Source of the DNA: Tubiluchus corallicola
Lineage: Eukaryota; Animalia; Priapulida
NCBI GenBank assembly: GCA_030141605.1
Contig: JAQGDQ010000038.1
Span: forward strand, 434,001-498,000
Reading direction: 5' to 3'
Length of the DNA stretch: 64,000 nucleotides
In this document: piece by piece, positions 1 through 12,400 of the stretch
Layout of the letters: the number at the start of each line of letters is the position of its first letter
How positions within the stretch are numbered: position 1 is the stretch's first letter
Notes under the pieces: generated by a model
Database searches by the model: none
Seen by the model: only the letters and a program-made list of their open reading frames with translations
What the model was told of the DNA's origin: nothing
Translations under genes and position numbers: made by a program

Positions 1-740
1 GCACATAAAAGATGGAAATGAAGCCATAATAAGATTACCGTGGGGATAACATATCAGTTAGTGCTTTTCTGAACCTTTATGGGTGTCTTTTGTTGCCCTA
101 GACGTCTACTTGCCTGGATAATGTTTCTTTGATTAGCTGTCTGCTTTACCAATGTGATTATCAGGTACACCTGATGGTCTCAATTCACTGGTCGTGTTGT
201 GTGTGGGATTCCTGACAAATGCTGCTGCAGAAATTATCTTCGTGTTGTTTTCTTGGAAATCAGAGATAGAGACTCAACTTGTAACACAATAAGGATTCAT
301 TACGCAATATATATAATACTCATCTCGGTTTCCGTGTAGTCATATAAGAATAGTTATCACACTAGCCAGCATGTAAAGATTGTTGTATTGCATTTCGCCG
401 TTGATTGTACTAGCATTTTTGTCTTCCTCATAACTCCTTTTTCCAATAAGTGTCCATTGTGTCGCCTTGTTTGCACTTGTAAGCCCTGATAACCCGGTTT
501 GCGAATTGTCAATTTTAGTAGAAGTGTACAATTTAATACAGAAAACGAACGAGGACATATCGTCTTCAGATGTGAAATTTTGTACACACTTTTGTATATT
601 TTAAATTATAGAATAAAACTTTCGACTTGGATCTATTTTTGCGCCAACGAAATCTACAAATAGTTCGTTTGTGTTTGACGAACAGCAATATTTTAAAACG
701 TAGTTCCTCAGTTCATAATTAATAATTCCTAAATTTGTAA

Positions 741-1619
741 ATTCCTAGATGTACTAGGATTACATTTTATAACAGCTACGTCAAACCTAAACTCGAGTAT
801 TGTTCCAGCATATGGGGTAATTGCTCTCAAGCACTGTTCTCCAAAGCATTTCAGATCCAAATTTCAAAAACGGGCATTATGTTTGATCGTTAAAACTACT
901 GAAACTCCAATTAATCAGTTGTTGTCGGATTCAAAACGGCTTTCTTTGAAAAACAGAGTCACTTATCATCAAGCAGTTTTGGTTTATAAATCTTTAAATG
1001 AATTAACTCCAGTTTACTTGAAAGAAAAGTTTACCTTTGTATCCGACATTAGTACCAGATCAACTAAATCTGCGCAGCAAAATAAACTGTATCTCCGGCG
1101 ACCCAAATAAGAAATGTATAAAAATTTAATAAGTCTATTCGGGGGTTCAAATCTGGAATGCATTGCCTGCCCATATTACTAGCCGTGAAAATGAACATTC
1201 CTTTAGAAAGGCATTGTTAAATTATTTGAGAAACAAAATGTAATTTTGTAGTATATTTTGTATAAACCTTTTTCGTCTTTAATAGTTCTTAATTTATTAT
1301 CCTTAAGCTCAAGTTTTTATATAATACGTTCAGGCTACTTTATTTATGTATTATTTTAATTACAGCATTTTTATTATTTTCCTTTATCTTTTATTTGTAG
1401 GCTCATATGATTTTGATTTACTTACCTTATTATATCGTACAGTACACATATTCTCTGTGGACCACTTAGGATATAACCGATATACGGTTAAAATGTTATC
1501 CACCTTAGAAAGGTTTTATTATTATCATTATTATTGTAGTAGTAGTAGTAGTAGTGGTAGTGGTGGTGGTGGTGGTGGTAGTGGTAGTGGTAGTGGTAGT
1601 GGTAGTGGTAGTGGTAGTG

Positions 1620-1660
<41 letters not shown>

Positions 1661-1720
1661 TGTTGTTGTTGTTGTCGTTGTTGTCGTTGTTGTTGTTGTT
1701 ATTATATTATTATTCTTATT
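741..1720 (+). mobile_element. Decayed 3' fragment of a CR1/L2/Crack-like non-LTR retrotransposon (RT C-terminus, 3' UTR, microsatellite tail)
   Basis: Frame from 741 reads IPRCTRITFYNSYVKPKLEYCSSIWGNCS. After a frameshift it reads LSLKNRVTYHQAVLVYKSLNELTPVYLKEKF...STRS, then GVQIWNALP. These are typical end-of-ORF2 motifs of CR1/L2-clade LINEs. An AT-rich UTR and a trinucleotide tail (about 1518-1720) follow. Confidence 0.8.
1518..1720. repeat. Compound microsatellite (ATT)n-(AGT)n-(GGT)n-(AGTGGT)n-(GTT)n
   Basis: Directly visible; it produces the spurious poly-S/G/C ORF 1346-1786. Confidence 0.95.
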
Positions 1721-2040
1721 ATTAATGTTTTAGTGTACCTGTGCAATTACAAAAATTCGACGTTATCACGTTTTTTGGAAACTTAGTACCGCTTGAGTTA
1801 GCTCGGATGCAGCTAGATTAAATGTCACTATAAAATTTGTCATGTTCTTTAATTGGAATTTTAGCAGGTTTTTGTGAATAGAAAACAAAATACATTGGCT
1901 TATTATTGGATAGGCTTACACAAATGGAGAGGGCGTCTATTTGTGCTAACATTTCGACTATAAAAGTATATACGTTTCTTATAGAAAACTAACTTGTTTC
2001 TGCAAAATATTGCAATATCTTCGTTTTGCAAAACTCTTAA

Positions 2041-2598
2041 CGGAAAACCGGACCCAATCTTAGTCCGTAGGTCAAAACAACCTACTTTTTAAAAGATTGA
2101 AAGGGAATATACTATTTCTTTAAGAATGACCTGCATGAAAGAATCTACACCACACAGACGCAATCTCGCGCCACTAGTTCTTCGCTGTTACATGTATTTC
2201 GGCATTCGCTAGTGGATAGTGGTCCGCATTTCGGAAACGCGTGCTGTACCTCTCAATTTAGAGTTGTTCGTTTGTGACGTACTGCACACGTTCGACAGTA
2301 GAGTAATGGGTGAGCACATTTTGAGTTTTTATCTTAAAACTTGCTAAAACAACGCACTGTATCTCTTAAGGTACTATACTTCAATTTTCTTCTTTACAAA
2401 CACGCTTATGGAATGTTTTAGCTGTTGAAGATAATGTTCGTTTGTGATGTCATCAATAGCTGGGCTCGCCCGCCGTTAATCAAGATTTTAATCTATTATT
2501 TAATTATCAGAAACGCTTTTGCAGTATTATTTGTGTTAAAATGCATATTTTACCGTACTTGAAAGTGGCGTATATATGAAAAATCATCCTGTTTTCCT
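2041..2598. mobile_element. Kolobok-like non-autonomous DNA transposon (MITE), copy 1
   Basis: TTAA at 2037-2040 and 2599-2602. Termini CGGAAAACCGGA...TCCTGTTTTCCT form an imperfect TIR. Its whole length is homologous, in inverted orientation, to 5676-6011 plus 6845-7105. Confidence 0.75.
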
Positions 2599-5500
2599 TT
2601 AATTTCCCAAGACATCCAAAGCTGTGAAGGCATCCAATGATCTGCCTGTCATGTTGTCACCTGTCTCTACTTTATATTCTCTGAGCCAACTATTTCTCGC
2701 AACACTTGACATGCATGTAACAGTAACAGTATTTATTAAACGCCACATTTATAACTGTTTCGGCTGAAAAACGTTCAACATAACGATATTAGATTTAGAT
2801 CTCGAAGGATTCTGCCTGTAGGCTGTAGTTGCGTTGTGTCTAGATCTTTTCACTTAGCGCACAAACTGACTATCTTAAAATAAAACTGAAGATAGAACCG
2901 CCGGAATTATTATCGTTTATTGGCAGCACAAAGATAGTCATATTCCTGCGACAAATAATATTTAACGATGCGTGCCACTTTACCTTGAGTAAACATACGG
3001 TGTTTATTTTGCGACATCAAAGTGTAGCTTGACATTTGAAAGATGTTTCCATAATCGTTTCTTACTAACCCTTCCGTCATCCGAAATTTAATTATGGGCG
3101 AGGCCCCATTACTTTTTTCAGCGAGACTCTGAAACTCTTTCAGTCCAACTTACTGAAGCCTTTGGTCATTGTATAAGCACAAAATGTTTAATAGTCCTGT
3201 AGAATCATTGGTTTAACAAAATATTTAATGGCTACAACAATATCATTCAAACTTTAATATTGTTCTACATAAATTGTTTATGGTCATTGGTTTCCACTTG
3301 GAATTTGTGAAATTTACCAAGCTGCATTGTGACCTTTACCTTGTACATTTTCATCTCAGGAACACAGTCTGCTATAGTGTGGAGTAAGAAAAACGCCAAT
3401 CCAAATTTCGTTGTTAATTTTACATATTATTGTGTTCAATTACTGATTTTAATTTTCGATTTTTTGACACTTAGTGGCGTGATATTAAAACTGATTAACA
3501 GCATGTTTCGAACATTCATGTTCTAGAGCAATAATAACAACAAAAGCAAAAAGTTAACCAGTCGAGAAACATAATTTTTGGGAGATTAGTGACTAACCCT
3601 TGATTATTGATTATCAATAATGGGCTGAGGGACAGTTGGGATGAGTGACTAAGTGACCTTATAGGCAAGGTTTGTCTGTGGAATATAAACCAGGTGCTAT
3701 TGCGCTGCAATTGAAAGTTTACATGGCTAAGATGATGAAAGAGAAAATTGCATGGTCAAAGATTACATCCGGGAAATTACCACTTACCAGTCTGCGCCAT
3801 TCAAATAACGTTAATGACTTGAACAAACTAAAATTTATATGCAAATTCTGCCGCAAAGCTCAAACTTCTAGAGAATTTTGCTCATTTTATGCAGCTGTAA
3901 AATGCTATATAGTTTACAATGACATTTACTCGTACCAGATTTATTCTCTGTTCTGTCACTCCAAGCACACAATTGGTTTGACAGCAGACACATTTATTAC
4001 TATCAGCAAAGTTTCTCATGCCATTATTTGTTAATATCACGCGTCTCAAGTCCGTAGTAGTCCCACATAACAAGTTAGCCTGTCAGTGTGACTCAACATT
4101 TTGCAATCAGTAATATTTGAGCTGGAACTTGGATCGCAGCTTGAACAACGCGCATTTCTCTAGTGTTATTTATCCTCTCAATACAACTGATTTCCGGAAC
4201 ACTAGCTTTAAAAGGAACGCCAATTACTGAGTTATAAAAGCTCATTAGCATGAGTTTGACGATAGGCTTCTTCCCACGCTGTTAACCCTTCTGTATTTAC
4301 AATCCTTTTTCAGAATTTTATTTACCAACTTACATGTGTAATTAATACTGGCCGCATGACGTATGCACACCCCCGCCCGCGCGTAGGCACGCCTCCACTC
4401 ACCTCCGGTATAACGACCGATGGCTTCCCTCTATAGAAAAGATTCGTGATTGCGCGACTGCTGGCTGAATTATAGTTATTGCGATAAGTAAAAGCGACGA
4501 AGACGCTGGTCTTGTGCAAACTACCGAAGAACTTACTAAGCATACTGGATATCTTACCAAAATTTTGTTACGTATTATTTGACACGTCGCCTGCAGGTGA
4601 GAGATGAAGATATTATGTGTATACAAATTACAGATTTTGTGAACAGTATTAATGAAACTTATATGCAGTATTACAGACTATAAAATCTTATTTATTTTTT
4701 AGTGTAAGACTAGTAATCATACATATAATCCAATGAAAGTAGTTTAAGCGAACACTGAAATTTGTAAACAATGTACAGTGACGTACTACAGTCCGATGAT
4801 GTGCATAGCTTATGGATACACTAAAACGTCCAGAGTCTGGCTGCCAACTTCCAGTGTCTATAGCGTTTACAGGATATTACGATAAATCATCTGGCGACCT
4901 TCACGTTTTTCGGAGGAAAGCGAAATGGATGATTGAGGAACAGGTGCTAGACGCTGGACGCCAGATCCTAAGAGAAGAGGAACAGTTTATATTTTCCAGC
5001 GCCCGCTGTCAAAATCTTTGTTTTCATCTCTTACTGACAATATACATGTTTCAGACGCTGGACGCTGTTGGTGTATCATAGGTTTATTGCAGGCCTACAA
5101 CCTACTTGTACATAGGTGTGATTATATGTGTGTATATTAAAGAAATTAGAATTTGAAGGCATTCTTACAATTTCTAATTTCCTTATGACATACACTGCAC
5201 CATGTAATTGTTGCCGATTTCAAACCGCAATACGCATACATGTAGAAAGTTATATATATATATATAGTATGTAGATAATAACTAATAGTTATAGATAATA
5301 TTTATTAGTAAAAATATTTAAGCTATAACTTTATTTTGCTCTTTTGAGCTTCCAGTGATTCACGTATCAGTAGCAACATCAACAATTTTGAACAATGCGC
5401 TAAATTATTTGATTGTAGTCTTCTAAGAGCAGAAATAACTTTTCTAAAAATAGTAATGAAATGAGTAATCAATAACCCGCTAAAATGCATAAAACGTTAT

Positions 5501-5675
5501 CGCTTAAAATAAACTCGATTCTACTTCTATTTAAAGCAATTATACGCAACGTATTGATTCCGACTCATCTCGTTGAGAGAGGGTGCATTACGTACATACA
5601 TCCGAAGTTTCGAACGTAGCTAAGATATATCTGCCATCTCTACTGGTTCAGTGGTTTAGAGTCATATTACCTTAA

Positions 5676-7105
5676 AGGAAAACAGGATCGTTTTTCATAT
5701 ATTACCCTATTTTCAACTACGATAAAAAGAATGCATTTTAACGCCAACAGTACTGCAAAAGCGTTTCTGATAGTTAAGGAATAGATTAAGATCTTAATTA
5801 GCGGCGGGCGAGCCAAGCTATTGATGACATCACAAACGAACATAATTTTCAATGGCAAAAACATTCTGTGAGCGTGCTGCACGTGGTGCACGTGTTTGAA
5901 AAAGAGAAAATTGAACTACAGCACTACTTTAACAGATTCAGTGTGCTGCTAAGTTTTAAGATAGGAATTCGAAATTCAAATTGTGCTCACGCATGAGCTG
6001 CCGAACGTGTGGTCTTCGTGGTCTTAGCTATGCCTACTCTGGAGAGCTAACAGGCACTATTAACTCCTTTAAATATAGAGTAAATGAGCAAGGCATTAGT
6101 CACAAATATCTTTTTAAATTTCTTATTTAGTCATCTATATGCAGCTTCAGCCCAAAACCTCTTCTTCTCCCCACCTCCATCGCTTCTTTTATGTAATAAA
6201 TTACTTCTCGTAAATAATCAGCGTCTTCAGATTTAATGACATCTCCATTTAAAATTTTGTTGTTAGGCTATATTTTCCTCATTACTTCAGGTTGCAACAA
6301 ATGCTCTGTAGTATCATCCTCTCTTTTACACAGTGGACATTTAAATTTCTTTGAAAACATGTTGTATTTGTTTTTGTTTCTATCTCTTCTTGCACTCTTT
6401 GTTTTAATACATTCACGCACATTATTTTTCACTAGCTTCTTCCACACTGTTTTTTAATTTCTTTTACTTCTTCACACTCAACTGAAATGCGGCACTTTTC
6501 ACCTATCTCTTCGATTTCTTCTATCCAACTCATACGAATCTGTCTCTCCCTCATTACCATCATCACCTTTCTAGCTTCTCTGTTTTCCTCTAAATTAACT
6601 AAGTTATGATACAACATTAATTTTCTGTTGTGCATTCTTTGTTCCATTGGCCACATACCTACTTCTATTAATAATCCCCAATAACTTGTACTCGTTTTTT
6701 GTTTTGTTAATCCAATTAAATTTTTTTCTGAATATTTTGCATTCTGTCCATTTCACTCTTCTTCAAACCACTCCACACTTCTATATTATATTATATTACA
6801 TTACATTACATTACGTTACATTACATTATTTTATATTATTTTTTGTGTGCAGTTCGTCACAAACGAACACGTCTGAACTGAGAGGTACAGCATCTGTTTT
6901 TTGTGCAAACCGTTTTCAAAATGCAGGTGCTAGTGTCCGTCTAGCGAATGGCGAAATGCATGTCACAGCGAAGAACTAGTGGCGCGAATGCGAAATTGCG
7001 TTTGTTGTGGTAATAATTCTTTCACGTGAGTCATTTTTGAAAAAATAGTATGTTTCCTTTCAACATTTAGATAGTTTTGACCTGTAATTTGAAATTGGGT
7101 CCGGT
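5676..7105. mobile_element. Kolobok-like MITE, copy 2 (inverted relative to copy 1), split by a LINE insertion
   Basis: Starts TTAA|AGGAAAACAGGA at 5672. Matches the reverse complement of copy 1 up to GAACGTGTG (6011) and resumes at GTGTGCAG (6845). Ends GGGTCCGGT|TTAA at about 7105-7109. Confidence 0.75.
6012..6844 (-). mobile_element. 5'-truncated non-LTR retrotransposon with a C-terminal zinc-knuckle remnant, inserted into the MITE
   Basis: Flanked by a 5-bp duplication GTGTG (6007-6011 and 6845-6849). The minus strand encodes GMWPMEQRMHNRKLMLYHNLVN... and KCPLCKREDDTTEHLLQ (a CCHC-like motif of LINE ORF2 C-termini), with frameshifts. An (ATATT/ACATT)n run lies at 6781-6840. Confidence 0.7.
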
Positions 7106-7979
7106 TTAACCACAAACATTCGTGTTAAGTAGACTCTGCAGTTGAATAATAATGATTCTCCTTTAATCATTAGCAAACAGCATTTGCCCTTAGCAGCCAT
7201 TCTACATTTAAAAGGAAATGGCGCAAAAGATCCGTTTTCTGAAGTTTGCGCCTAGGCGTGTTTTATTGCTCTTCATCAGAGGTTTACAACTGCCAGTGTT
7301 GGGAAATTCTTTGCTCCTCATCAATCTTTAACGAGCATTAACTTTTCGCAAGCTCAACGCTATTTGCTCAACCTTTCCACCATTCTGTGGTGAAATTTAC
7401 TCATTCCGCCTACATGAATCTAATCATTATAGGTATTTTCAAATGTCCCGACAAAAGTATTCGGCTTTTCTTGATGCACATTGATTGAACATTTTAACGA
7501 CGGATGGAGCGTAAATGTATGAGGAACGCTCATGGGTGATTCGTTTTAGTGTGTAAAGTGAACTTTTTGGAAGCCGAGTTTTTACTGTGATGTTTATTTC
7601 AAGTTATGAAATCAAGCACTGTACGTGCAAATTCTAACTCCCTCAGTTAAAATTGACCTGCTTCATTTTTAAAATCTGGCAAAGAACGTTTCACGCTCAT
7701 GGAAGACAGCTTAACTTAACTTTTCCGAACATATAAGACATGGATAATAATAGCCCTTTCTCGTACGGACATTACTACATGTATTGTTAGAAAGTTGGTC
7801 AAAATTCGTATTTTGCAGCGAAAGGTTCAATGTTTAAAACCTAGTAATACAATAATATAACTTTGCAAAAAATCATTCCTCAAGCAAGCCAATACTAAAA
7901 AAAACTTGTTTTGTTTCAGGAGTTTCGCTAATTTCAGCACTTCAGAAAATTCAGTTGCCTTATTCAGAAAACACCAGGA

Positions 7980-8949
7980 ATGAATAAAGCTTTGGTACTG
8001 CATTTATTAGCAGCAGCACTTGCTCTTCTGCTGGCTTCCGCACAAGGCTTCAAAGATGACAGACCAATGTATAAATGGAGTCCTATGTACTTTCAAAGAT
8101 ACGGCTTGGTGGGTTAATAACGACATGCCTTAAAATAATTATAGTTTCGTAACTATCGTTGATATCATTATCTGTTTAACATAACACCCATATCACATTT
8201 AACGATTAATTTCTTCACCTGACGCCACCTAACTTAATTAAAGTGCGCTCTGTAAAATGAGTATGATAGCTATGTAGATATTGTACGCCGTGTATGAATC
8301 AGCGTCGCTCAGGTAATTCGTATGACAGTCTCGTGTATTTGCTTACGCGAGTTTTGAACTAAGCGAAGGCCTGTGCAGTAAACGTCTTAATTACGTCGTT
8401 TAATGTTTAGGTATCGCAAAGTTGCACATGTAGACAGAATTAACGAAGTGGCCTATGTTGGACAAAAATTGTCAAAAGAGACGGTTTCTGTGAAATCAGC
8501 ATGCAATTAGTCTCCAGAAAACTTACCGTACAAAGCAGGTTTCAATGAACCAATTGAAGTTTCCTTGTAGAAAAATTTAACTCGGGGAAACGACTTAGTA
8601 ACTCGGAATAACGACTTAATAATTCTGAGAACGAATTAATAACTCGGGGGCAATAACTATTTTTTCTTATGTCCCTTTAGCGGTTCCGTAGAAAAAAATT
8701 GCATGATACTGCTGCCTACTATTGACAGTAGCTCAGAAAAGATATTCACTTTATTTAAAAGCGCTCTGCTGCTAACTTGTGTTAGTTCAGTATTTTTAGT
8801 GCTCTCTCTCTCCCTCTCTGCCATTTATATTACAAATTTGTTGAAAAATGCAATTGCAATTCTAAAACTCGTTGTGTACTAAACTTTGTAGTATAACATA
8901 ACACAATATAATATAATTGTAACATTTAACTACTGTAAATGCCGTTTAC

Positions 8950-9042
<93 letters not shown>

Positions 9043-9438
9043 TACTACTACTACTACTACTACTATTATTATTATCCTTGTGTTTTAATGTGTATTGTGT
9101 TGGCGATTATATCCCATGTGCAGGGTTCTGTCTGTGTAGTTTTTTGTTGTAATGTATTGCATTGTTTTTGTAATCCTTTGTAACTTGTTATTGTAATTGC
9201 ATGAATTGTAAATCGGCAATAAATAATTAATTATGTATGGCAGTGCCATCTATTGACGAGGAAGATAAAGTATTTCAAGCTTGTGATTTTGATCGAATGC
9301 ATGTTTTTTCTGGTCTTTCAGTATCCGCAGTGTTTACGTGAGTTAAAACCATGTCGTAGAGATCGCAGAGGTCATCCTTGTTGTCCTCCCAGTGAATGTA
9401 CTTTCTTTTACAATGGTTACTACTGTATATCCCCGTAA
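7980..9438 (+). CDS. Secreted cysteine-rich inhibitor cystine knot (knottin) prepropeptide, about 81 aa, toxin/agouti-like
   Basis: Exon A 7980-8108 (acceptor TTTCAG ending 7919, donor GTGGGT at 8109) encodes MNKALVLHLLAAALALLLASAQG-FKDDRPMYKWSPMYFQR-YGL. Exon B 9322-9438 (acceptor TCTTTCAG) encodes YPQCLRELKPCRRDRRGHPCCPPSECTFFYNGYYCISP*. The join is phase 0. The cysteine framework is C-6-C-8-CC-4-C-8-C. AATAAA lies at 9455-9460. Confidence 0.8.
8578..8690. repeat. About 21-bp degenerate tandem repeat (3-4 units), probably the end of a non-autonomous DNA transposon
   Basis: Units AACTCGGGGAAACGACTTAGT / AACTCGGAATAACGACTTAAT / AATTCTGAGAACGAATTAAT / AACTCGGGGG, then a terminus-like TGTCCCTTTAGCGGTTCCGTA. 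No partner end found. Confidence 0.5.
8948..9074. repeat. (ATT)n/(ACT)n microsatellite in the knottin intron
   Basis: Directly visible, about 30 ATT units followed by ACT units. Confidence 0.95.
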
Positions 9439-12400
9439 GTATTTATTTATTGCAAATAAATCAGTCACCATCAGTCAACTTATGTCAATGGATCAAAAAT
9501 TCCCATTTGACAAACCCGTTTCTGACTCCCAAAACAATGTGTTTAGTAATATAAACGAAAGGGTCGTATATTTCTCGTTTGGTAAAACTATCTTTGACAA
9601 TTTGCGCATCTTACTATTTAGGCCTATGCACATAATCATTACTGATACATTACATGTTTATTTTTTATAGTCTTTACTGCATATTGCATATTTTATGCTG
9701 GAACAATCTTTGTTCTCTTGCATGAACACTATTGCTATATCATTAGTATCAATGAACCTGTTGAATTAGCCTTGCCTGGTCGTCCTGTTTCACTACGTCA
9801 AGCGCAAACGCTTCCCTTCTGCATTTTTCTAATCGCAAAATGCAGGTGAATTTGTGATGATACACTGAGTGCTATGAAACGCTGTGAATAATAAATTATT
9901 TACGGATTTCCCTTGGGTTTATACATTTTTATTTAACTAGTATTCGTGTGCAATAAGAAGAAAATTTATATGCCTAATAATAACTCCATTACTACAAGAC
10001 TTTTCCCCCAATTTGGGCAATTTATTCGCAAAAATTTTAATGTTGTCCGTGCAGCTTTCTCTTTATAAACAATAAAAATCCCCTTTGCCTTTTTATTATG
10101 ATTTTTAAAATGTGATTATTAAAGAGTAGAAAAATGGAACAATTTATTAATAACGACAGCATTGGCAGTGGCAACGGCAACAGTTGGTGGCAGCAACGGT
10201 AGCAGTAATTGCAAAACTGAAATTTTCATTCGAAAATTATCAGTAAAGAAGAATTTCTATGTCTTTCGCACTGTATGTATGTTTGCAAATGTTTAGCTCT
10301 ACGTTGCAAATGGTAGTGATCGCACTTTCATACAGAATGCGCCTTAGTTTTTAAATTTAATATATTTGCAGCCCTTCAATGCTTTATGATTGTTGACTGC
10401 GGTCTTGATCTGTGCAACTTTTGTCAGCAATGTTGCTTTCCGTGCACTTGGGACTCAGAAATAAATGTACTAGTCTACATTAATTTTTGTTTGTGGTAGA
10501 TCGGCGTTTGAAGTTGTAGAACGAAGGTTGTAGGACCCTAGCGGTTTTCTGCGCATCATTCCATCAGAGCCGCTACAAGTTGAATAAGTGAAATGTATTA
10601 ATCTTCGTGTCGCCGGAGCGCATGGCGACAAATACCGAGTAATCAAGCAAAGTGCTCTGCCTGTATGTGTACACACACTACTTATAATACAAGTTTCAAC
10701 ACTTTTCATACTGTTCTGGTTAACGATTACGATTGATGCAACTATTCAATTACGTTATCATTTGAATAACAAAGTAACATTCTATCATAAAACCAAATAA
10801 TCTGCTACGTAATTCCGAGAATGTCCAGCAACGTAGTGTTTGAAAACTACACAACCACCCATAAAGTAAATAAATTGTCAAACAGTACGGTATATAGCAA
10901 TGAAAATTAAAACGAAATCCAGAAAACTACACAGGGGGGATTAAAAAACTAATGGATTATAAGAGTGTTGAAACAAATTACAAAATTCTTTAACCGAACG
11001 TTATTACAAATATACATGTAGTTTCATCCAATTTAGAACAGTCACAGCATTTGGATGCTGACAATACAGTGACACAAACAAAACAAATTCGCAAAAAGTA
11101 TATTTAACCCATTTAATAACGCTCATAAACTTATGTAAATAATTACTAGCGTCTCCGCCCAAAAGGACTTCGCTAAACGCTTATGAATCATTAGTTAACG
11201 ACTTGCCACATTACTAGTTTACGTTAGCTCATTAGTACTTACGCTAGTACGAGGATTTTTTTAAATAATATGTAATCATAAAGAGTTGGACCTGCACGAT
11301 TCTTACACATAGTAGCAGGCACACTTGTACGCACTACGCAGTGAGATCTTTTCAGACTTAACTGCTTTTATGCGCCTCTTGAAATAATTATGTTTTAATT
11401 TTTTCAGATACAAATTTTAAAGTGAAATTTTCACAGTAGCCGTCATCGTCATCGTCATCAAAAGTCCTTCATGCCTACTGTAGGCATCACTCACGCCGAT
11501 CTACGAGGAATTCTTTGAAAGTTGAATTTTCAAGTCACGCACCATTGTCGGCGAAGCTTGAATGACAGATTGACAGTAGACTGGAGAACTGTTTTCAGTT
11601 TCTTCCCATGCAACACTGTGTTACATTTTTAATTTAGTTTTATTATGACAAGGAAACAACTCTGTAACTATGAAAGAACGACGGTCCAACAGTCAAGGAA
11701 TTCTTTAAATTTCATCTTTTTTTACTATATAAGCTATATAATATAATAATAATTATTATCTACGTTTTATTGTTGTGTTTTTGACATTATGCTAGAACAA
11801 TGTATTGAAGGTGGAAGTAACACATTTCATCGGTATCAGTGGATAACACTTAAAGCGTAAAGTTCATTTCTTTAAAAACAGCCCAGAAGTTTTCCTCACA
11901 ACCGACATGTGATAACGCATAACCTCTTATGTAACACTTATGGGAGATGTAAGGCAGTACGTATTTATTTAGCAAACTTGTACTGCTAATGAACAGCATG
12001 ACATATTATGTTTATATCGTCTGATTTGCAATAAACAATACCATGCTTCCTGATCATATGACTCGCAGGTGTTTTTGATCGTGTGGAGAGGTAGCTTATC
12101 GCTTCAGTGTGAAAATGGAAGCTTGTGTCCATTGACTCAAATATGCAGAAAGTGTTTTTTACTAATTTTGCACACATAAGGTTATCGACTGAAACCAACA
12201 ATTTATATAATAATGACTATTATTTTACTCCTTACGTCAACTAGTTAATAATTTATTAAATGCACAATAATGCCTTTTTACGCTTAAATAGGCATGGATT
12301 TGATGTTTCTTGATGTGCACTGTTTTAGAGGTTCCCAATATTTTACTATGTGTACTTACAATTGTTACATGTATCAGTAACTGCAATATATAGGTAGTTC

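Noticed and set aside
1-587. Short minus-strand ORFs and a possible terminal exon (NNTKIISAAAFVRNP...ADS*)
   Set aside because: No recognisable motif or consistent splice chain; cannot be supported.
1346-1786. 146-aa ORF with poly-Ser/Gly/Cys
   Set aside because: Translation of a microsatellite at a LINE tail; not a gene.
4322-5081. GC-richer patch and ORFs 4322-4626 (-) and 4812-5081 (+)
   Set aside because: No recognisable domain, termini or splice chain; possibly an unclassified repeat or regulatory element.
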